A stretch of 53,691 nucleotides of DNA from a virus (lineage: Duplodnaviria; Caudoviricetes). Where the stretch lies: positions 1 to 53,691 of IMG/VR virus record IMGVR_UViG_3300044580_000365, one strand, 5' to 3'. The position numbers and the translations under genes are program-made. Shown piece by piece: positions 46,379-53,691 of this stretch. Every line of letters starts with the position of its first letter. The stretch's first letter is position 1. The notes under the pieces were generated by a model. The model ran no database searches. It saw only the letters and a list, made by a program, of their open reading frames with translations, and had not been told where the DNA came from.

Positions 46379-47209
46379 TTAGTAAAGGTATTCTACAAGG
46401 AAAGAGACTTTTTTAGCAGTTCCAGTATTATTAATATATTCAATTCTAATTTTAGTATTTGCGGGAACCCTATCCGCAGTTGTAACAGTTTTTCCAATTT
46501 CTATCTTACCAGGGATAGTAAAAAACACATAGGGGACAATCTTAGCACACATAACTATCGGGGATCCTGCTGCAGCATTTGATTCAGAAGGTTTATCGAG
46601 TATTAAATAATTTTCGCCCTTCATAACTACCCTTCCTAATTCCTGTTGAGCAGCATAAAGTCCAACATATTGACCATATTTAACATACTGAATAACAGTA
46701 GGGCTAACATAAATGCTGGTATCTCCTATATTTAGAGGAGCAATTAATGCACCCACCAATGTATTAGGAGCAATTTTTACTCTCATAGCATCTCCTATCA
46801 TCGAATCGGAAACATAAAATGTTGAGGATTTTAGACCTATATTAAAAGGCCAAGAGATGTCTTGAAAATGAGATCCCTCAGAAGCAGGAATATCAAGTAC
46901 TATTGATTCCGCACAGAATAATTCTTGAGTTGTGTTCCCTGTTTCAATATATTTTGGTTGTTCAACAACAACCTTAACATTTTGAACAGTATTTTCAGGG
47001 AGCGGCTCCCCCGAATGATTTCCTATAATAGAATCCAAAATGTCCTTATCCCCGGCTGATAAATCGCTCTTAAAATAAATGAAGACTTCTGTAGCTGAAG
47101 TGTTTATGAAATCCAGAGAAATTACAATTGTGGATGATTGAATTTCCCTAGTTAATCTATCTATAGAAAATTTATTATTGGGAAAATCATTTATATTATA
47201 AGTATACAT
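46379..47209 (-). CDS. Probable virion structural protein
   Basis: Located in the structural operon; beta-rich. Confidence 0.6.
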   Translation of the reverse strand: MYTYNINDFPNNKFSIDRLTREIQSSTIVISLDFINTSATEVFIYFKSDLSAGDKDILDSIIGNHSGEPLPENTVQNVKVVVEQPKYIETGNTTQELFCAESIVLDIPASEGSHFQDISWPFNIGLKSSTFYVSDSMIGDAMRVKIAPNTLVGALIAPLNIGDTSIYVSPTVIQYVKYGQYVGLYAAQQELGRVVMKGENYLILDKPSESNAAAGSPIVMCAKIVPYVFFTIPGKIEIGKTVTTADRVPANTKIRIEYINNTGTAKKVSFLVEYLY

Positions 47210-47217
47210 ATTTTTTA

Positions 47218-48525
47218 TTATTTTACTCTAATTAATTCAATTGTTGCATCCGATACTGATGTGCTATTTCCCACAGCTGACCCCCAGTATCTAAATAAAA
47301 TTGTATTTACTCCAGAAAGATCCGCAAAGTAACTCCTGGATTCGGGGTACCAGGATGTTGTATTAGTTGGGCGTATGGTTAATGTGCTTGTAGTTCCTTG
47401 AGGTGTTCCGTTTAAGGTTAAATCGAAACTAGCAGTTTGGTTATTGCCTAATCTATTCCAAATCCAATGAACAGTAATTCTATAAGTTCCTGAAGGCAAA
47501 TCGCTTGTAGTCATTGTAACCTTTGCCTGAGGGGAAGTAGAAGTTGTAGATGATAAAGAAAGATCCTGAGCAAGTTGATATTCATTTCCATAAATTCTGC
47601 TATTGATAGATGTATATGCTCCAGCAATAGATGTATCCTGATTTATATCTTTCAAAGTAATAGCAGCAATTGATGAATCAAATAAAGTTTTATTAACTTT
47701 AAGATTTAAGCTACCATCAACATAAGTTGTCAGAGGTCTTATTCCTAATGATGCATTTATTGTTATATCTGTATTTCTTAGTACAAGAATGGAAGAATCC
47801 CTATTTGAAAAAGCTAAGTTAGATGAAACATTAGTAGTGTAAGCTCCAAGAGCCAATCCTACTGAAGCATTAGTTGCATAAGGTGTTAATGCTGAAGAAG
47901 TTATAAATCCTGCTAAACCTATAGACGCATTAGTTGCGTATAATCCTAATGAAGCATTTTTAGCAAATGCTGCAATTCCTATTGAAGCATTAGTTGCATA
48001 GGGATTTAAATCGACAGATTTTAGAAAACCGGCTATCCCTATAGAAGCATTCGTTGCAAATATGGATATAGAAGCATCAACATAAGATTTATCAGCTTTT
48101 AATATAATTGATGCATCCTGGGTAAGATTTTTATTGACAATAGATGAAATAGAAGTATCAAAAAGAGATTGATTTACTTTAAGATTTAAGCTGCCATCAA
48201 CATAAGTTGTTAGGGGACGTAACCCTAAGGATGCATTTATCGTAATATCTTGTCTGAATAGTAAATTTATAGAAGCATCAACAGAACTACTATCGAAATT
48301 ATATACTTGAATAGTAGTGGAATAAGCTTGATTATAAGGAACAGAAACATCATTAATCAATCTAACCAAAGTACCATCATTTAATAATGTATCTAATTGA
48401 GGAGATAATAATGTTTGATCAAAATTCTCTAATTCTACTATTTCATTTGGAGGAATAATTAATCCAAAATCAATTAGAGCAACTGATCCTAAAGAAATAT
48501 TTTGTATTTTAAAAACTTCTGACAT
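47218..48525 (-). CDS. Fibre protein with YATNASIG repeats
   Basis: Repeated [YF]ATNAS[IV]G[LI]A units and duplicated LRPLTTYVDGSLNLKVN. Confidence 0.7.
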   Translation of the reverse strand: MSEVFKIQNISLGSVALIDFGLIIPPNEIVELENFDQTLLSPQLDTLLNDGTLVRLINDVSVPYNQAYSTTIQVYNFDSSSVDASINLLFRQDITINASLGLRPLTTYVDGSLNLKVNQSLFDTSISSIVNKNLTQDASIILKADKSYVDASISIFATNASIGIAGFLKSVDLNPYATNASIGIAAFAKNASLGLYATNASIGLAGFITSSALTPYATNASVGLALGAYTTNVSSNLAFSNRDSSILVLRNTDITINASLGIRPLTTYVDGSLNLKVNKTLFDSSIAAITLKDINQDTSIAGAYTSINSRIYGNEYQLAQDLSLSSTTSTSPQAKVTMTTSDLPSGTYRITVHWIWNRLGNNQTASFDLTLNGTPQGTTSTLTIRPTNTTSWYPESRSYFADLSGVNTILFRYWGSAVGNSTSVSDATIELIRVK

Positions 48526-48539
48526 AATATTCTATTTTT

Positions 48540-50576
48540 TTATGATCTTGTTGCAAATTCTATTAAAGTTATCCAATTATTCAAGGCAGAACCAGTTCCT
48601 CCTGGTAGAGCAGAAACTTGAAGTAAATCGCCTGCTGAAAAATCGACATTTGCTTGATCAAAATTAAATCCTGATTGCCCAATGACTATTGTTCGTGTTA
48701 AAGCGGATACATCATTTATACGTATCTGAACATCCCTTGAAGCTGTCAACGTGTTATTGTTAACTACAGAAAACCCTGTGATTGTTCCGTTTCTTATCAT
48801 TCGGTAGCCTGCTGTACTTGATTGGGTTGCATCTCCTACTCTTACATATACAGTTGATCCAGCAACTGCAGTTGTTCTACCTCCATTTAGAGTAGATCTT
48901 CCAGCCGATAAATATTTTCCCCTACTTCCATCATAAACAAATAAAAGACCAACATCATTTCTATAAAACATATCTCCCTCACTGGGGGAGGCAGGATAAG
49001 AAATACCCTTTAATGATCCTTGTAAAATATCTCTATTTGCAGATCCGTCTCTAAATAATAATCTTGGCGATTGCCACCATAGATCCCCTGTAGAAGCATT
49101 TGATAAAGTATAATTTTTGAATTTTTCATGTTGATCAATGAATAACACCCCTTGTATGCTTGCATCCGCAGTTAAATTGATAGAATTTGATAATGCAATA
49201 TTTCCCGATGCATCATAAGTTAAATTTTTTCCAGGCGTTAATATCGAACCAACGCTAACTTCAAGTAATCCAGATTGCCAATAAAAATCAAGACCCAAAG
49301 AAGCATTAGGAACATATTTAGATAAAGCTAACCCAACACTTGCATTAGTTGCGTAAGGAAGTAAAGCTAAACCAACTGAAGCGTTAGTTGCGTATAAACC
49401 TAAAGAAGCATTTTTGGCAAATCCTGCTAATCCTATTGAGGCATTAGTTGCGTATAAACCTAAAGAAGCATTTTTGGCAAATCCTGCTAATCCTATTGAG
49501 GCATTAGTTGCGTAAGATCCTAATGCAATCCCAACGCTTGCATTAGTAGCGTATGGAAGTAATGCCAGCCCAACACTTGAATTAGTCGCAAATGGAGAGA
49601 TCGCTAATCCAACACTTGCATTAGTTGCATAAGGCCCTAAAGCTAATCCTACTGAAGCATTTGTTGCAAAAGAACTTATATCTACCGATTTTAGAAAATT
49701 TGCCAATCCTATAGATGCGTTTGTAGCGTAAGGAAGTAAAGCTAATCCAACACTTGCATTAGTTGCATACAATCCCAAGGAGGCATTATTAACTTTATTA
49801 TCATTTAACCAAGCAATTGAAGTGTCTCTTAATGATAATGAACCATCAACATAATTTGTTGTAGCAAACTGATCTCTTCCAGTATATAAAAATATCGTTC
49901 CAAAATCTGCGTTATTCGTAAAAGAGCCACTATGAACCCCCGTAGAAATAACAGGTAATTTAACATAAGATATTGCATTAATTGGCTCTCCTGTTAATGT
50001 AAAAATGCCATATTCAGATACTAGAGGGAGTTTTTGTAAATAAATATTATCCCCTGTTTTGAAATCTAAAAGAATATTGCTTAAATCTTTTGATCCTAGC
50101 GTATTATTATTTATATAAATGTAAGTAGCTAATGATGGATCTGCATTATTTAATTGAAAAAATCCTGATCCAGGATCAGTATCTGAGAGCGTATTATTAA
50201 ATCTCCATTTTCCAACGATACCAGCTCCGATTGCTCCAGCTCCGGAGGTTTGAATATATCCAGAAGTATCAAAATAAAAGGATTCTAAACCAAAAGAAAC
50301 ATCGGGAATATAAGTAGATCTAATATTATTTAAAGACCCATCTACATAAATTTGAGTAGCGTAGTTTCCAGAAGAGGATTCTAATCCGCTTACAATATCC
50401 CAAAGAAAATTAAAAGAAGAATCCATAGTAATGCCAGTAGGAGCATTTCCTATACCATTTCCTAGCCAAAGCTTATTGGAACTAATATCATATCCCGCCT
50501 CCCCTAGATCCAAGACAACTCCAGGGAACCCAGATCCAGTTTTCAATAAAATTTTTGCATTATAAATTACTGACAT
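48540..50576 (-). CDS. Fibre protein with YATNASVGLA repeats
   Basis: N-terminal LDLGEAGYDISSNKLWLGNG fibre motif and about 10 ATNAS units. Confidence 0.7.
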   Translation of the reverse strand: MSVIYNAKILLKTGSGFPGVVLDLGEAGYDISSNKLWLGNGIGNAPTGITMDSSFNFLWDIVSGLESSSGNYATQIYVDGSLNNIRSTYIPDVSFGLESFYFDTSGYIQTSGAGAIGAGIVGKWRFNNTLSDTDPGSGFFQLNNADPSLATYIYINNNTLGSKDLSNILLDFKTGDNIYLQKLPLVSEYGIFTLTGEPINAISYVKLPVISTGVHSGSFTNNADFGTIFLYTGRDQFATTNYVDGSLSLRDTSIAWLNDNKVNNASLGLYATNASVGLALLPYATNASIGLANFLKSVDISSFATNASVGLALGPYATNASVGLAISPFATNSSVGLALLPYATNASVGIALGSYATNASIGLAGFAKNASLGLYATNASIGLAGFAKNASLGLYATNASVGLALLPYATNASVGLALSKYVPNASLGLDFYWQSGLLEVSVGSILTPGKNLTYDASGNIALSNSINLTADASIQGVLFIDQHEKFKNYTLSNASTGDLWWQSPRLLFRDGSANRDILQGSLKGISYPASPSEGDMFYRNDVGLLFVYDGSRGKYLSAGRSTLNGGRTTAVAGSTVYVRVGDATQSSTAGYRMIRNGTITGFSVVNNNTLTASRDVQIRINDVSALTRTIVIGQSGFNFDQANVDFSAGDLLQVSALPGGTGSALNNWITLIEFATRS
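49381..49514. repeat. Near-perfect 60-bp tandem repeat (about 2.2 copies) inside a CDS
   Basis: gcattagttgcgtataaacctaaagaagcatttttggcaaatcctgctaatcctattgag repeated, encoding YATNASIGLAGFAKNASLGL. Confidence 0.9.
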
Positions 50577-50591
50577 TTATATTGTATTTTT

Positions 50592-50858
50592 TTAATATGA
50601 TCCCCCTTGAATTGAATCTCCGGAAGGATTTGTCCAATTAGTTCCCCCATTTATTTCATCAATATTTATCGGCCCGGTTTGTTTCAATGTACTCCATGTT
50701 GATCCATCAAAATACCATATTTGCTTATCTGTATATTGATAAACCTGCATCCCCTCATACCAATATGCGGATACATCCCAATATGTGTTTGCGGTATATC
50801 TAACATCCAAAGGAATATCAGAGCCAAGTCTTAAACCATCAATTATATCAATTGGCAT
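50592..50858 (-). CDS. Small structural protein (PLDxR-type domain)
   Basis: PLDVRY...YEGMQVY motif. Confidence 0.6.
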   Translation of the reverse strand: MPIDIIDGLRLGSDIPLDVRYTANTYWDVSAYWYEGMQVYQYTDKQIWYFDGSTWSTLKQTGPINIDEINGGTNWTNPSGDSIQGGSY

Positions 50859-50860
50859 AA

Positions 50861-53691
50861 TTAAAACTTAAATGTTATATCAAATGTACTGGTATCTACT
50901 TTATTTTTAAGAAGATAAAATCTATATCTTACATTATTTAATCCAACCGAAACATCTTCATTCTCTGTATTAAATGAATCTGTAACATCAAATCCATTTT
51001 GATCAATTATTTCAGATAAAATTCCAAAATTATCTGGAGCAGCAACTGTATCAGGATATGCAAACAGATATTTAATTTTTCCAGCTCCCGGATTTACAAA
51101 TGTTGCATTTAAGTCTGATTCTCCTGCAAGCCTTGAACTATCCAAAGCTAAAATCATTGCAGAATTTACTTGTCCGGGGATAGTATTTCCATCGACTGTT
51201 CCCCAATACTGTCTATAATAGAATGTAAATGAAGCTTGATCAAATACTGATGCTCCCTGGTTGTTTTGATCATCCCAAACATAAGCATTATAGTTAATAG
51301 TTCTACTTGTTCCACCCCAGTTAGTAATACCGGTTAAATCTGAGTAAGTTCCTGTGCATGAATCTATTAGTCCAAGAGATGCATCAAGCAATACTCCTGC
51401 TCCTGTTTTGGTAATCTGGAAATTATTAAGCTTAGCAAGAGGATAATTAGTATTTCTTGCAAAGTAACTAACATCGATTGTAGCAAATTGAGTTGAAACA
51501 AGCCCTTTTTCATAGATGCCTTCTACAGGATCTGACCCAACTGTAATTAAAGGTAATTGATACTCATAAAGGATTCTGAAGAGAATTTCTTTAAGAGTTA
51601 ATCCGCTAAGATCTGTTCCAGCTGGAACCCCTCCAATATCATCAGTTGTTGTTCCAAGAGAAGTATCCCACCATATATTATCGGTATTTACCCATTTTGA
51701 AGAATCCGCATCAAATTCAATTATCTGATGTGTTAATAAAGGTGAGTTAAGAGAAACGTCTGTTAATCCTCCAAGAGAAGCTTCAGAAATAGCCGATATG
51801 GAAACATCAAAGTAGACAAACGAAGCATCGGAAGTAATAATTAATTGAGAAGGATCAAGAGAAATTATTTCTTTGAATTGAAGGTCCTGGCCAACTTTTC
51901 TATTAAATATACTTGCATCACCACCAGGAATGTTAGAAGCCGTATTTACTTCTCCAGCAAATGAAGCATCTATAGAAATTTCTATTAAATCTCCATTTTG
52001 GGTTACAGTAGCTGCCCCAACACCAACGAGCTCTCTAAATTGTAAAGATCCATCATTTGTAATTCCTGCATAAACAGCTGCTGATCCATCACCAATATTT
52101 ATTGCTCCTAAAATAGAAGTATCCTTTCTGTCGAAAAGCTGCTTAATAGAAGAATCAAGATAGGCAATAGAAGTTTCTGCAATACTTAATCGAGAATCCA
52201 AACCTTGTATAGAGGTATCGAGATTTCCAATATCTGTTCTCAAATCTATAATTGAAGCATCCTGAGAGAGTTCCCAGCCCCAGAGAACTGATACATCAGA
52301 TTTAATCTGAATATCAGCATTTTGCAAATTAACTATGGAAGCGTCCTGAGAAAGTTCCCAGCTTCTTAATTCTGAAATAGAAGCGTCCTGAGAAAGCTCC
52401 CAGCTTCTTAATTCAGAAATGGAAGCGTCCTGAGAAAGTTCCCATCCCTGAAGAGCAACTATAGAAGCATCAATACTTGAGATCTTTCCAAATAATAAAG
52501 TTATAGAAGAGTCCCTTGTTGCTAAAGATCCATCGATATAAGAATAAAGATCATTTATAGAGCCATCTGCTGTAGGAACTGCTCTTACATATCCATCAGG
52601 TCCAACAATAAGCATTAAATCAGATGCACCTGCATAATCCCCTAAATAAAGAGAAGCATCAAGAGATAAAACAGTGCCATCAAATGTTAAAGCTGGATAA
52701 GTATCAAATCTATTAAGAGTATTATTCCAAACTGCAATACCGTTAATTGTTGGAGTATCCTCTCTAGTAGCAACTGCTTGAGTTGATGAATCTAAATATC
52801 CAGTTGAAGTTTCGGAAGCAATACCAATTCTGAAAGTCTGTTGTGATTCGTCAAAGATAAAAACATAAGGCTCTTCGTCCCCTCTTCCTATAACTATACC
52901 CGATTGAAGAATTGATGGAGGTGTTCCTGTTAATCCTGTATTTAAGTGAATAAATGCACTTGATACATCGATGGTTTCTACATCTACAAGATATAGAGAT
53001 CCATTAATAGTTAAGCTACCTTTAATAGCAGCATCCCCATCAACATATAAATTTCCAGATGAAAGAATAGAAACATCACCATCAACTTGTAATCCCCCTG
53101 CATTAATAGTGAGAGGGCCTGTCATTGTATCCCCTGCTTTCTGAACAAATAATCCGAGAGAGGTTTCTAAATTTGTTCTAATATCTTCAATAGAAGCGTC
53201 CTGAGAGAGTTCCCAACCTCTTAATTCTGAAATAGAAGCGTCTTGAGAAAGTTCCCAGCCCCAAAGAACTGATACATCGGATTTAATCTGAATATCAGCA
53301 TTTTGAAGATTAATTATTGAAGCATCCTGGGAAACATTCCATCCTGCTAAATAATTTAAGGAAATATCAATATTGGTATCCTTGTTCTGAAGATCAATTA
53401 TCGAAGCATCTTGAGAGAGTTCCCAGCTTCTTAATTCTGAAATAGAAGCATCCTGAGAAAGATCTTTATTTTGAAGATCTATAATAGAAGCATCCTGAGA
53501 AACTTGCCATGATTGGAATGCACCTACAGAAGATTCTATAAGAGAAACTCTCAAGGAAACATCGGAAATATCGGTTTTTAATTGAATAATAGAAGCGTCC
53601 TGAGAAAGCTCCCAACTTCTTAATTCAGAAATAGAGGCATCCTGAGAAAGATCTTTATTTTGAAGATCTATAATAGAAGCATCCTGAGAAA
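50861..53691 (-). CDS. Long fibre protein with WELSQDASI repeats (5' end outside the window)
   Basis: The frame stays open upstream of the TTG at 53554 to the window edge (SQDASIIDLQNKDLSQDASISELRSWELSQDASIIQLKTDISDVSL). It shares a ~150-aa domain with 40275..42608. Confidence 0.8.
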   Translation of the reverse strand, partial: SQDASIIDLQNKDLSQDASISELRSWELSQDASIIQLKTDISDVSLRVSLIESSVGAFQSWQVSQDASIIDLQNKDLSQDASISELRSWELSQDASIIDLQNKDTNIDISLNYLAGWNVSQDASIINLQNADIQIKSDVSVLWGWELSQDASISELRGWELSQDASIEDIRTNLETSLGLFVQKAGDTMTGPLTINAGGLQVDGDVSILSSGNLYVDGDAAIKGSLTINGSLYLVDVETIDVSSAFIHLNTGLTGTPPSILQSGIVIGRGDEEPYVFIFDESQQTFRIGIASETSTGYLDSSTQAVATREDTPTINGIAVWNNTLNRFDTYPALTFDGTVLSLDASLYLGDYAGASDLMLIVGPDGYVRAVPTADGSINDLYSYIDGSLATRDSSITLLFGKISSIDASIVALQGWELSQDASISELRSWELSQDASISELRSWELSQDASIVNLQNADIQIKSDVSVLWGWELSQDASIIDLRTDIGNLDTSIQGLDSRLSIAETSIAYLDSSIKQLFDRKDTSILGAINIGDGSAAVYAGITNDGSLQFRELVGVGAATVTQNGDLIEISIDASFAGEVNTASNIPGGDASIFNRKVGQDLQFKEIISLDPSQLIITSDASFVYFDVSISAISEASLGGLTDVSLNSPLLTHQIIEFDADSSKWVNTDNIWWDTSLGTTTDDIGGVPAGTDLSGLTLKEILFRILYEYQLPLITVGSDPVEGIYEKGLVSTQFATIDVSYFARNTNYPLAKLNNFQITKTGAGVLLDASLGLIDSCTGTYSDLTGITNWGGTSRTINYNAYVWDDQNNQGASVFDQASFTFYYRQYWGTVDGNTIPGQVNSAMILALDSSRLAGESDLNATFVNPGAGKIKYLFAYPDTVAAPDNFGILSEIIDQNGFDVTDSFNTENEDVSVGLNNVRYRFYLLKNKVDTSTFDITFKF
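52250..52445. repeat. 42-bp (14-aa) coding tandem repeats WELSQDASISELRS
   Basis: Repeated gaagcgtcctgagaaagttcccagcttcttaattctgaaata; further copies at 53190-53691. Confidence 0.85.

Noticed and set aside
646-46582. Short ORF-track entries overlapping larger genes (646, 2134, 3383, 5347, 10654, 12520, 13081, 14102, 15969, 17030, 18493, 20564, 21063, 24157, 24492, 24593, 29220, 29252, 30734, 31469, 31653, 31841, 33045, 39161, 41350, 42401, 43266, 46265)
   Set aside because: Antisense or off-frame shadows of supported CDSs, with no motifs or independent expression signals
40700-53200. Duplicated fibre blocks as a DGR template/variable repeat pair
   Set aside because: No reverse transcriptase in the window, both copies lie inside long CDSs, and the differences look synonymous rather than adenine-specific (not computed)
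1-53691. Stop-codon reassignment, which occurs in some large phages
   Set aside because: Core genes (TerL, sheath, ThyX) are full length under code 11 and coding density is high
49381-53691. Repeats as a CRISPR array
   Set aside because: They are in-frame coding tandem repeats of 42 or 60 bp without unique spacers, and no cas genes are present
1-53691. tRNA or rRNA genes
   Set aside because: Intergenic gaps are short and I saw no cloverleaf or T-loop signatures

Overview
This is an AT-rich, gene-dense segment of a large T4-like contractile-tailed (jumbo-type) phage genome in the standard genetic code. BACON domains, lipoprotein motifs and the absence of Shine-Dalgarno sites suggest a Bacteroidota host. 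The centre carries a morphogenesis block on the minus strand: gp14-like neck, GIY-YIG endonuclease, terminase small and large subunits, tail sheath, tail tube, hub/chaperone and tape measure. About 25 kb of tail-fibre and appendage genes lie upstream (28.8-53.7 kb). The left 16 kb holds an amidase, a HAD protein, RuvC, a gp3-like protein, ThyX, a glycosyltransferase and small or membrane proteins. Four observations stand out. (1) A 705-aa protein consists of six dissimilar ~110-125-aa domains, each preceded by a putative prohead-protease site and a conserved tag ([ILV]xE|SLNFERGxDPKxx[LM]xIG); the same tag starts three stand-alone genes, suggesting a tagged capsid-cargo polyprotein system. (2) A D/N-x-S motif is pervasive in predicted virion-surface proteins, and a phage glycosyltransferase is encoded nearby. 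(3) There is a candidate +1 programmed frameshift upstream of the tape measure gene. (4) Two promoter classes recur. All assignments come from motif recognition by eye; no database searches were run.
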